A stretch of 64,000 nucleotides of DNA, from assembly GCA_030141605.1 (NCBI GenBank), contig JAQGDQ010000033.1, positions 62,001 through 126,000 on the forward strand, read 5' to 3'. The first letter of the stretch is position 1. Every line of letters begins with the position of its first letter. The position numbers and the translations under genes were made by a program. The notes below the pieces were generated by a model. It was given only the letters and a program-made list of their open reading frames with translations, made no database searches and had not been told where the DNA came from. This document shows positions 38,703-50,500 of the stretch, in pieces. This stretch comes from Tubiluchus corallicola (Eukaryota; Animalia; Priapulida).

Positions 38703-40013
38703 GTAAGTTGGAATTTATTACTCAAATTATTCGCGTGACATTAGTACAGTTGCTACATACATATATTAGGCTAAGAAATGGTATTACAGCACGCCTTCGA
38801 ATTTTTGATACTGTTATTCACACCTTTAATTCACCTATTATCGTGGTTTTCATTATTTTGTAATGTGTTTATGACAAGGTTAAAATTAACAGACCATCTA
38901 ATTTTGTTTAAAAATGTATTCTAACTATTATTTTATTTTCTCTTATGAACTTCACCTTGTAAACTTGAATAACATGTGTAAATGCTAAAAATGATTATGG
39001 CTTCACACCGTATGTTTTGATTTTGAGATGTTTTATATAAACATGAATACCACCTAACACTCGGTTTTCACCTACGATAATGTTTATTCTGTTTATAGAG
39101 TCATAGCAAAAAAAATCTCCTAATTATTGCAAAAAAAGCTATATTCAGTGTCTATGCTGCAAACCACAGAAATGCCATTATTGATTAAGCTTCCATCTTG
39201 CTGCAGTTGTTGTCATAGCGACGGCTGGTGAAGCAAGTGATGAACGACATCGCGGCAGCTCCAAATTTTGTCATTACAAATAGTAGTGGCAAAAAATTTA
39301 AAATTGTCACAGTGATTTTAAAGAAATAATTGTGTGTTTTTTCCACAAAATATAAATACAAAAGAAGTAGGAATAATTTACTGACCGGTTGTGCTTTTTG
39401 TCAACATATCAATTGCCCCTGAACATTTAATTGTTAAAAAGAACAAGATATAATTTTTTTATGCAGTTGAAAATATTAAAAACTGTCCGTTTTGGTGTCT
39501 TATTATAGTGGCCATCAAGAATTTGTTTTTGCAGCGTAAGCTCGGCAAAGTATACTATATGTACTACATTAAGTATTCAAACATTTGCTAATTCCACAGC
39601 TGTTTAATTCCCATAAAATATGACGCAGTAAGTGCATTTGTGTATAATTTAGGCTAAAACAAATATAAAGGCTATAATAAATAAAATTAATGTCATGCAG
39701 CAGTTGTTATACAGGCATATGGTAAGCCTTTTTTTAATAGATTACGCATAGTAATAGCAATATAGGGGTGAAACTTTACGCAGGGTTTTCAATTTTCAAC
39801 TGAAAAGAAATGTTTAAGCTATTACAATCACAAAAACATTTAAATTTCTGTTGTTCAAGTACTGATATCGTGAGGATTCTCGCGTTTTCTCTGCGGTTAC
39901 TTTCTCATTCTATCTTTAAAGAATCCGGTGTTACTTAGTCCTACGATTTTCACGAGGCCTTCCCTGGTTTATAGCTTGTCTAAATTTGTCAATTTAATGA
40001 TTTTATTTCAGAC

Positions 40014-40168
40014 ATGGATAGGATTACCTGGGCAAATGTTTGTAGCTTTTACGTAATATTGATACTGGCTACCTTATCGTCTTGTCACAGCCCAAAGCAA
40101 TCTCAAGAAGGTCTTAGGGGATCGCATACCAACAAATTTCGAGATAAGGAATTCGTCCAAGATCAAGA
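40014..40168 (+). CDS. MCFD2: MCFD2 first coding exon: signal peptide MDRITWANVCSFYVILILATLSSC...DKEFVQDQE
   Basis: ttttatttcag acceptor; hydrophobic N-terminus; 'VQDQE' matches the MCFD2 'VHDQE' motif; GTAAGC donor, phase 2. Confidence 0.85.
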
Positions 40169-40415
40169 GTAAGCAACTACAACGATGTTAATGCGACAGT
40201 ATGATATTATACAACTTGTTACCCGATATCGACAGAAAGCAATGCTACACACGTTTCTTTTTTTTGGTATCAACCTCCCGGGAGCGCCTGAATTCACTGA
40301 GTTTTGACACCAAAAGCACAAGAAATCACTGTCCTTCCCCCTCCGTAATAACGTTTCTATATAGCATTAATAAGTAATGGCCAAAAGGACGTTACTAAAA
40401 AGCATGATTAAAGGC

Positions 40416-40465
40416 AATAACAACAACAACAACAATAATAATAATAATAACAACAACAACAATAA
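40416..40465. repeat. (AAC)n/(AAT)n microsatellite
   Basis: Read directly from the sequence. Confidence 0.9.
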
Positions 40466-40533
40466 CTTCAACAGACAACGTCATAAAGCTTTTATCACCG
40501 ACTGTAAATAACAAACTACAAATACATAACATG

Positions 40534-40686
40534 ATTATTATTACCCCACTTTTATCCTAAATACCACGCGCCAGACAGGGCAACAGCTGGTACCACTTTT
40601 AGTCTCTGGTATAACTCGCCCGCAGTATCGAACTCATGACCTCAAAAGGTGGAACACGGATGCGTTACCACTAGATTATACCTGTC
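40534..40686 (-). mobile_element. tRNA-headed SINE with a Meta-like domain (MetaSINE)
   Basis: Minus strand: A-box-like CTAGTGG, B-box GAGTTCGATAC, then TATACCAGAGACTAAAAGTGGTACCAGCTGTTGCCCTGTCTGGCGC (Meta-domain-like as recalled), and a short (TAA)n tail. Confidence 0.65.
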
Positions 40687-41238
40687 TAGTTAAAAGCACA
40701 AAAGGAGGCTATTCTACACGTACAAATCTTTTAACCGCTTGAGAATTATAAGGCAGGCGTCCGCCAATATTCAAAGGATTTTGTTTTTTCTTCTTCAAAA
40801 TTTATCTGTATATAACTTTGCAACCTTTACCAGATTTTTTATTGACAAAGTCAAGCTGACATTGTCCAAAGAGCTAATAAGTGAACCACGATCAATATGC
40901 AATAATTATTAGCAAATTATGTATGCTAAATTGTATTAAAACGACTGTTATCGTTTGCGTGAAAGTGGCATTTAATAACAAAACATATTAAAAACTTTTC
41001 ATTTATTGGTGCGATATTTGTGTCACTCATTACTAGGAACTTCCTTGATTCTACCAGAAGCTTTGAAGACTCATTTTAAAATTTTATTTAAAGCTACATC
41101 TGTACGGTGTGCATCTTGCATATCCTTCAAAACTTGCGCGGTTACAGTATCACCACAGTTTGATGTCGTCCTTAACAAAGTCGTCCAAAAAATTATACTC
41201 ACATACGGTTAGGTTAAAACTTTATTTATTATCTGCAG

Positions 41239-41322
41239 GCATGTAAAAGAACATTTGAAAGATTTTGCAAGCATAGATGAAAAGGACATGACGCCTGAAC
41301 AACTGGAGTTTCACTATTTTAA
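41239..41322 (+). CDS. MCFD2: MCFD2 exon (HVKEHLKDFASIDEKDMTPEQLEFHYFK)
   Basis: Diagnostic H-x-x-E-H-L ... M-S/T-P-x-x-L-x-x-H-Y-F motif; AG/GT boundaries in phase. Confidence 0.93.
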
Positions 41323-41835
41323 GTAAGTTGCCAGATAGATGACGATATATGATTATAAGTTCAAGCTAGATTTCGATTTTCTCCTAAAATATGTTTAATT
41401 TAATAACATAAAATTTCGATTGCTTTACCTCTTATCACGTCTAGGCATTCAAGTGACTAGAAAAAATTTAAATGTCAGGGCGTAAAGCAACTGCTGTGTT
41501 TTTATTATTCAAAACTTCTTTTATCTTCAATACTACCTAACACTGTCAGCTAGACATGGTTACCGAATTTCTTTTTGTAGATATACACTACTGTTAAATA
41601 TATGGAAACTAAGTGACGCTTTGAAGAGTGATTTTAAAATTTTAAAACATGTACGCACTTTTCCGCAGTTTGTATTCTGCAGTAATACAGAGAGTGCTAT
41701 CTATTAAGCACTAAGTTAAACTTTCCGCGCTGAAGCTTGCCAATCACGTATGCAGTGACTGTGCATAAAATAATAATATACAATATTTAATAATATTTAT
41801 TTATTTATTATTATTATTAGTTAAAATATTAACAG

Positions 41836-41984
41836 GCTGCACGACTTTGATAATAACACGAAGCTAGACGGTTTGGAAATCTTAGCAGCACTGACGCACG
41901 CGCTCCCATATGACGAGTTGGAAAATGAAATAGACCCCGAGAAGCGGGCAAAGAATGCCCAAGAACGGCTCAATATTTACACAG
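41836..41984 (+). CDS. MCFD2: MCFD2 exon with EF-hand 1 (LHDFDNNTKLDGLEILAALTH...)
   Basis: HDxDxNxxLDGLE motif; CAG acceptor; GTTTGT donor, phase 1. Confidence 0.93.
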
Positions 41985-42948
41985 GTTTGTCATAACCGTG
42001 ACGTAGCGTTTTCATTTTGTTTCTCACCTGTAGAATCAATATTTTTCCGAAAATAGTTACTGGCACATAAACGTTTAGAAAACACACCTTATTAATATCT
42101 GACAATTAATTTTGTTGCACCTGCGAAATACATTATTTTACTTTCTTGCAACAGTGTTAATATCCAAAATAATCACTAACAGCCTTTAACTCTATTATAC
42201 TTCAAAAACAGCAAGTAAATAAGCAAGATAAGGAAATAAAACCCAATTGTAATATTTATACATCGACATCGAAAAGTGCAAAAATTATTTTTACTCAAAT
42301 CCCTTTCGTATGTATTATTTCGATGATTTTTTTATTCTTTCTTCGAATTTTCAACATGCACTTTTGCTCTACCAACTTTACGAGAAAACAAGCGAAAAGT
42401 GGCAATAGTAAACAGGCTCAAGCCTGGCCCTCAAAATACCGAGTAGCAAACCCGGAAAGCAAAATCCGGGATTTTGTCTTCTTCTGGTGCTGCTGCTCTA
42501 AGCTTCTATTGGCTGAACCTCTATTCTTTATTATAGAGCACTCCACTAGCTGCTTCCTCTCTGAAGCTAAAGTTTTGTAATTTTGTATTTTCTAGTTTTG
42601 CATCAACGTAGAAACATTTTAAATATTTCTTTTCGTACGTTAGCAAAATTCTCCTATATGAAGTTTGAAGATGTTTGATTTTGAAAAATTATTTTATTTT
42701 GATTTAAATTTATTTCAAGCCAGAGGCTCATGTCGACAAAACGATAAAATCTTAAAAATTTACAGAATATACAATTAAAACTAAAACCTAAAATAAAATA
42801 CACATTAAAGTAACGAGATTAGTTTAAAGCAAAGTTACTAAATTTTGACTATGCCGAAATTTCCGCCTTGCAGAGGCGTATTCCTCTGATATATATATTC
42901 ATCTGTTATAGGAGATGCAACGATTAATTCAGTCTTATGCATGTACAG

Positions 42949-43055
42949 GTTGGGTAGATGCAATTCTTGAGCAAGACGATATAGACCGCGATGGCATGCT
43001 TAATTACGTAGAGTATGTCACAACCAGACGCAGACTGAATGTACTAAAAGATTAA
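42949..43055 (+). CDS. MCFD2: MCFD2 alternative last exon A, EF-hand 2 (GWVDAILEQDDIDRDGMLNYVEYVTTRRRLNVLKD*)
   Basis: tgtacag acceptor gives a phase-1 in-frame join; canonical 12-residue loop DIDRDGMLNYVE; AATAAA at 43420-43425. Confidence 0.75.
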
Positions 43056-43510
43056 ATGAAACGGGTATAACTGTAAATTCATGGCAAACGTTGCAGCTAT
43101 CCATGGCTAATTTCTGCACAGGTGGTGGGAAAATATCGTTTCATGTTACTAATACTGGCGGTGCACTAACATTATGTAGCAATATCTGATAACATGAATG
43201 TTCAGCGTTCACTCTGCCCACATTGTTTCATATAAATTGCTCTCACGAATGTCTCTATTAGTAAAGGCTGGACATGAGATAAAGCGTATTAAACTATAAT
43301 TATGGTGGCAATATGTTGTGTGGCATCTTTAGTTTTATGTACAAAGTAATGTGAAGCTTCAGATTTGAAGGTTTGGGGCGTTGTGAATGGTGATGATGCC
43401 TAGCAGACTTTAGGTGGCTAATAAAACAGAATTTATAACTTTGTAGCTTTATATTTATCTCTATACATATGTACAGATAAATAGTAGTTTGTGATAGCAT
43501 GTGTGCAGTC

Positions 43511-44063
43511 TAGGGTTGCCAACCTGCCATGAACCAAAGTAAAGAGCTAGGGCGCCTGCAAGCTCCCCCAGAGGGCCTGGAAACCAAACATTTCCTGCAT
43601 TTTATGGGGTCTTTTACAGAAACTAAAATCAAGAAATTCAAACTAGAAGCTAGTACAAATTCTTGATTTTAGACTCCAAAAAGCCCTAACAGTCTAAAAC
43701 TCACAAAAGTGCCCATCAATTTTTGGAATTTCTTCCCAATCACATTTTTTATGTTTTCTGATTTTTCTGAGATTGATTTAGTAACCAAATTATTAAGCAC
43801 TTTATGTCATATAAATTAAAGCTAAAGCTGAAAAATAACTTTGCATAATTTGCCGCTACAGCAAAAATTGGCGAAAAATGTAGACGGGGTGAAATGATGA
43901 AGCCATGCAACTAATTAAACTTAATTTACTAAGTTTCCTGTTATACCTTAGTTAACACAAACTCCGTTGTTTTTGGCTTAACCTTTTGCAAAGTTACAAT
44001 AGTATACAAGTCGTATTTCCACTTTCTTCCACTTAAATTTCAATGGAATTGGTGGCAACCCTA
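43511..44063. mobile_element. Non-autonomous hAT-type (Blackjack-like) MITE, 553 bp
   Basis: Perfect 11-bp TIRs TAGGGTTGCCA / TGGCAACCCTA; flanking 8-mers GTGCAGTC and CTTCAGTC (6/8, eroded TSD); no coding capacity. Confidence 0.8.
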
Positions 44064-44304
44064 CTTCAGTCGCTTTCATACGCTTTGTTATCTTATGTGC
44101 CTTCTAGACTTTCAAAATAATTTCATATCTCTGAATTTAGATATATATTAAAATGTTGTTTTGAGCAGTAATTTGAAGTATAGTTTATACGATGTGCCTC
44201 AGTGAGACGACTTATTAACATAAGCCGCAATAGTTACTAGCGATAAACCTGATATTTACTGAACAGGCCAACTTTTATTGAGAATTAACAATGGAAGTAT
44301 TAAT

Positions 44305-44365
44305 GAATATTCTACCAGTACATTACCTTATTTAAGGAATATTCTGCCAGTACATTATATTATTT
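44305..44365. repeat. Two-copy 32-bp tandem duplication
   Basis: GAATATTCT(A/G)CCAGTACATTA twice. Confidence 0.85.
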
Positions 44366-44486
44366 GTTTTTTAGTTTTATAATAATATTAATGAACAACA
44401 ATCCTATACGTATAGGCAACTATATTGCCCAGCCAGGACTGTAAAAATTTGTTAAATTACAATAAAATTATTATTTTAATTGACAG

Positions 44487-44623
44487 ATCTCATCGACAAA
44501 GTGTTAGAAGAAGATGACTACGATGGTGACGGGTACCTAACGTATTTGGAATATGTATTAGCCAGACGACGTGAGGAAGCAGAGGAACAAAGAAATGAGA
44601 AGAAAAAATCTATGGGGAGGTAA
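44487..44623 (+). CDS. MCFD2: MCFD2 alternative last exon B, EF-hand 2 (DLIDKVLEEDDYDGDGYLTYLEYVLARRREEAEEQRNEKKKSMGR*)
   Basis: ttttaattgacag acceptor, phase 1; loop DYDGDGYLTYLE; closer of the two to human [21 protein letters not shown]. Confidence 0.88.
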
Positions 44624-45499
44624 CACATACGAATCTGCGTAGGTATACTGTGAAAATAGTAATATTTAAAGAAATGAATTTACATTACATTTATTAATTA
44701 AAAAATATTCAAGGGCATGGAAATGTATTGTAAAATAGTGAAAGAAACACTATGACAAAGTATGACCATGTGACAAGGACACAACGACACATGTATCTTA
44801 CTAACATGTACATGAAAGACATTTCGTATATGTTAATAAGACACATATGTATGGAAAATGGAAAGTCACTTCAATAACCAGATAACCACTGAAAAATGAT
44901 GGCTTTAGTATGATGCATCACGTTTAAGCTCACACATACGAAATTATTCAACCGACTGCCTACTTTCGACTTGGTCATGATTATATTCAATTTTGACTTA
45001 GGCAGCTCTTAATTTTGAAAATATCCAAAATATATAGTCATATCAATCCACCTGTAATATTTTATTACTAAACAATGTATTGTTATGTATGTAAGTATGT
45101 ATGTCTACTTGCCACATTCGAGTCTATTGAAGTACATAAGCTTATACATTTGTCACCATGTTCACTTGCATGTATCATTATGCAAAAGTCACATTTTTAT
45201 GCCACTTTTATTTTGTCTAATCCATCAAATTTTGGTTATACTTATTTTTAATATGCTCGATTTCCGGATGTCACACTAGATGTGCTTATTTCCCTTCTCG
45301 GTGTTCAATTTCCACATTTTCACATCAACTTCACGAAGATTTATAGTCTGTGTTTCTAATATGTAGAGAGAGAATTTATTTAAACAGGTTTTTGTAAATT
45401 TAATTCTGCAAATTTAAATGACAAAGACATAGTTTGCAGATCTTTTATATTTACCAATACATGACAATTTTTTATTTAATTATGTTTACGATGTACTTT

Positions 45500-45549
45500 T
45501 TCGATCAGTCTACACATGAATATATTCGATCAGTCTAAACATGAATATA
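45500..45549. repeat. Two-copy 25-bp tandem duplication
   Basis: TTCGATCAGTCTA(C/A)ACATGAATATA twice. Confidence 0.9.
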
Positions 45550-45991
45550 ACAACTATAAATTTGAATGTGCTTATTAAAATCATAGCAAGAAAATCTAGA
45601 AACATTGGGCTCCATGCGGCCAACTGGTAGTGCAAACAAATATCAGCCACAATTTGGCAGAAGACAGTATACATTCTACAGCATTCATTACATGTTACGT
45701 TACTTCCCAATCATAATCTTTTTATATGAATTGCAATGCAAAAAAAACACATATAAAAACTTATCTTTAAAAAAATAAGTCTGTTAACATATCGTCTACT
45801 ATATTGAACGGAAATTTACCCTACAAAGTCATACGAGTCGCGACAGTTCTGCAAATAATGCTGACAGATGCACAAAAAATATGTTCACTGTGCTCAAATC
45901 AGTTTTGAAAAAAGATACTTTGTGCGGACTGACTTCGAATCAATCAGTGAAGAAATGTTTGTAGTTCGCTTTGTAATGAGGACTATTGTGT

Positions 45992-46069
45992 TCATTCATT
46001 GAGAATCGGCATGAGGGGTTCTCTAGTGACCAACAACCCTTTCTCATACAAACCAATGGCTAAATTCAT
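45992..46069 (-). CDS. RIOX1: NO66/RIOX1 last exon (MNLAIGLYEKGLLVTREPLMPILNE*)
   Basis: Strong ttcttcttcatttcag acceptor; LYxKGLL.T.xPL matches the NO66 C-terminus; TGA stop. Confidence 0.87.
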   Translation of the reverse strand: MNLAIGLYEKGLLVTREPLMPILNE

Positions 46070-47471
46070 CTGAAATGAAGAAGAATAGAAGCTTAAAACA
46101 AGAATGCTTGCTTACTGAAACCCAAAGAGATATTGGTACTTTGAAAGAATGCTGGAAAACGAGCTCGAGAAGGTGAAGAGGCTGAAAATAAATATACAGT
46201 TTGTTACCACTAAGGCTCTTTCAAGTGTTTAACTCTCTTTATGGAAAACAGCAGAATCTGCTGACCAAAAGTTGATTACAATAAAAAAGGTTATCCGAGA
46301 TTTTGCTTACTCCTAATGAATGTTTAATTACTATGTAACAGGTTTGGACACAGCTTCAGAAATTACTAGGCTGGGACAATTGCAGGACATAAACTAGCAA
46401 TTTTAATAATAATATTTTAATAAGCAATCATTTCGCTTGAAAAACGCATGTTAGTGAACCTGCATATTGTCACCAATTTCCTGTTACGTAGTACAGTAAT
46501 ATTAAAATGAATATTTAATTACCAGTAAAGAGAATTAAACCTTTATTAACTGAAAGCCTTCATTAACTATAAAATTAAAACTAAAGCTAACTGAAACGTT
46601 ACTGTACTGCCTCAGCAAATGGTAATTAATTATCCTTATAATCGTATAAATTTATAACTTTTTTGACAATATTTTTGTTAATAAGTAAATAATTCTGAAA
46701 TTAGTAATAAATTTAGAAAGCTAATAAGTTTGTAAAGTTAGCTGCATATCTGCTACCAATTTTCCAAGTTGAAGTTCAATAAACTTAATCTTAGCACTAT
46801 AAAACAATGACAAAATACAGGCTGTAGCTGTTATTTTAAGCAGTTTCTTTTAGGTAACATTTGGTGTTGGCATACTATCATTAAAAACCATCACAAAGCA
46901 TACCATATCAAATGAGATTCGTTCACAAACTGCCACAAATGGCCAACATACTCTTGCAGTTACTCTGGCAAATATGACATGGTAATTTTATAAAGGAGCA
47001 CAAAAACCTGTAAATTTGAGTTATTCAATTTATGGCTACAGACACATTTCAGACAGTTTACACAGTGCTATCGGCGATTCAGTGAGGTCAATTAGGAAAT
47101 ATTCGGCATCAACAGACCTGTGTGCGATTAATTTAGCTACTTAGTGGAAGAAATAGCTTTATCGATAACTTGCACATTGGGAACGAATGACCACCATTAG
47201 AAGCCGAGTTTGGAGCTGAAGAAATCGCTGGGCCGGGATAATTCAATCTCGCTCGTAATCAAGATGGCATAATGGTTCGGTGAGCAAGTAACTACGTTAA
47301 TGCTAGACTCATGCACGCAATTACGAGACAACTGCATGGATCACCTCCAGAGACTGACTAGCAAATAACCACCCTTTGCACACCCCTCCTGTGGGCATCC
47401 ATTGACCAACATGTAAGACAGCACTCTAAAGATGGTAGGAAGGATTTCAGAAAAAACAAAACGACACTATG

Positions 47472-47573
47472 TATGATGACGATGGCAAAGATGATGACAG
47501 CGGTGGTGGTAAAGATGATGATGATGATGATGACAGTGATGATAAAAAGGTTAATGGCAATGATAATAATAAT
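47472..47573. repeat. Degenerate (GAT)n/(AAT)n repeat
   Basis: Read directly from the sequence. Confidence 0.85.
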
Positions 47574-50500
47574 CACAGAAATAACTTCACTTCATTTTAT
47601 TTACTTTAACACTTTTTAATACACAATGAATGACAGCACTTGAATAATGAAACCCAAAGACAAATTCAAGTGCTAGCGTGGATTACATCCCAGTTAACTA
47701 TACACTTTCTTTGCAGTTATCCAATGAATACAAAATCTGAAAACATAAGCAAAAGATTTCAAATGCATAATTTAATTTGAAAAAAATAAAAACCAGTGTG
47801 ATAAAAAATGTCTATTCTAAGAAAATTAATTTACATGTCATTTAATAATAGGAAAGAATGAAGTGATAACCCCAACGATGATGTTGATGATAACAACGAT
47901 CATAGAAAAATGTATTAAAATGACTAGATTATAATAAAATGCATTAAAATGAATAGATTATAATCAATGGTCAGTAATTTAACTCAAGGAAATGAGAGCT
48001 CTATTATATGTTGTTATCAAATAACTTATCAGTAAGTTATGCTCGCTCAACTTTGCTCAAAAACTTGTGTAAAATCCCAAGCAAACACAGCATTCATTGT
48101 ATCATTAATAATGGATTCAAGTAGTCCAGCATGACACAAAACAGAATGGCAAATCAAATCAAAGAATTTATTAGCAATTCTACGTCAATATCGGTAATAA
48201 TCAGAAGCTTTTCTTCTGATCAAATGTGACATAGCAGAAACAAAGGATAATCATGTTTTACACAGCCTCATTCAATCGTCCCTATTGCTTGGATGTATCT
48301 ATTGCAGAAAAGCATTTTAACAGTTTCCTCTCTAGATATCTCATGCATTTATTCCACCCAGTACGTCTTGTATTATCCTGCTATGTGAATGTGCGCCGTT
48401 TGTAGAATGACACGACAGACCTTCGGGACGGGAGCACGGAGAGCAGTTTTACAAACGGAATATGAATTCGTTCATCAGTATTCTCTCTTTCTCGTTAAGA
48501 TTTGCGTTTTGCTCAACAGCTTTTGCCTCAGTAATGTTTGCCTCTTTGTACAAAATTGGTAAACTGGCTTCGAGGTGGATTTGTTTAATGTTGAAGAAAT
48601 GGGAAAAAACACTAACTTGAAAACTGAGAAAGATTTGGCACAGTTATAGCAGCTTGCAATACATATTCCAAGTCTGATCATGATTTGAACTATTACCAGA
48701 CTGTCCAAAGAAAATAAGTTAACTCATTATAATACAACTACATAAAATGCTTGATTGCTACATTATGTCAGGCACAGTTTTAACAGACAACTACAAGGAA
48801 TATGCAGTGGCATCTGTATTGTTAACAACTGTTCTCAGGTATCATTCAATAATATATATAAAGTATAATATTATTTTACTGCTAAGGAGGTTTGATTCTA
48901 AGTACATGTTACAAGTGCACACGTAAACGCAAATAATTTCAATGCATAAGTAAATTCTATCTGCAAACAGAAAATAATTTTTATGAGTCAATGCAGTTTT
49001 CAATCTTCAAAAGTTGGTTAAACTACATTAAAATTACTTAAATCGTCAAATGAATTATATTTTGTAACAGTGAATTAAAAAAGTAATTGTTTGCTATTAT
49101 CATGGCTCTCTATAATTTAAAAATTTGATCAAATCACAGCATTTTACTTGAGTGAAAATATTTATGTTTTCAAAATGTAAATGTAAAACTCTGTTCGTAT
49201 TACAATTCTAATTGTAAAATTATATTTTCTTAATTATTCTTAAATGTAATTAAAATGATCACAAATGGAAATCATAATGAAAGCCATAATTTGTTTTTAG
49301 AAAAAAAATAGTTGTTTTATTTTTAGAACATAGCTGTTTAATTAAAACATAATTATTTTATTTTGAAGCAGTTAACTATAGCCATAAAACACCAAGTCCT
49401 GCATTATGTTTAGTTACAGTTTTAATTCTCAGTAAAAACATTTCATAATTTTATTATGTGAAGTGGAAATTGATAGTGCATCAAAAAATAAAAAAAATTG
49501 GTAAAATTAAAATAAAATGAAAATCCAAATGCTAAGTTGTGCTGGTAAAAGATGAGTGCAAGTTATAAAAGGCAAATTCTACTTGTGGCAGACAAAAATT
49601 AATGAACATAGTGAAGAATATCAATCAGAATGAAAAATATCACACAGCATGTGTGAAAAAATATTATAATTTCGCAAAACTCAAACAATAGAATATGTTA
49701 CTGACATAAATGAAATTATAAATTACAGTTGCGGGTTAATCACATAATTACAGTTGTGTAACTACAGCACAGCAAGCAGACAGGAGAGAATGGTTATTTT
49801 TATGCTGGTTAACTTATTTTTAAGTACAACACAGTAGGGTGTCAAGACGACAGCTGCAGTGCTAACTTAAAATTTCAATACCAAAGTTTGTGAGTATAAC
49901 TAACAACATAGCGTGCTCCAGTTTATAAAATGTGCTACAGAGAATAAGTTCTCATGTAATGATGTAATGAAAATCATTTGACTCAACATTAGTATATCTT
50001 TTTGCAACTGTTTAAAGAAAAGAAAAACAATAAAAAATTTTTGGGGGGTTGATGAAGTAACATAGTTTGCTATTCTGTCATCATTTTAGCAAGAAAGGTG
50101 CAACAAAATTTTAGCTTCAAAGGTAAACTTAGCTGCAAGCTAAAACAACAAACACATTTAAAATAAATCACACCATAAACTAAAAGTCATAAAGCAAATC
50201 AGAACAGACATAAATGTTGCATGCAACCAGCTTCAGTATCTATATTCTGCATTTTTGAATACAAAATATTAAAGCCTGTTTATTGAATGTCATTCAGATA
50301 ACGCAATATAAAGCCATCTTAGAATTAAAGGAAAAATGCTACACACCACATTTAAGTAAGTGAAATTTGTTTCAGTTAAATCACTCTAACACATTTAATA
50401 TTACGTCGGATTCAATCTGATTGCACTGTAAATAGGGACATGTTTTTGTCAATTCAATATTCTACCTGATAACAAAAATTAAACTTGAAGATAAAAAATT

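Noticed and set aside
48440-48480. CTGATGA suggesting a hammerhead ribozyme on the minus strand
   Set aside because: No GAAA after stem II and no stems I/III
48640-48700. Alternative NO66 terminal exon (SGNSSNHDQTWNMYCKLL*)
   Set aside because: Acceptor is plausible but the peptide has no similarity; the conserved C-terminus is at 45992-46069
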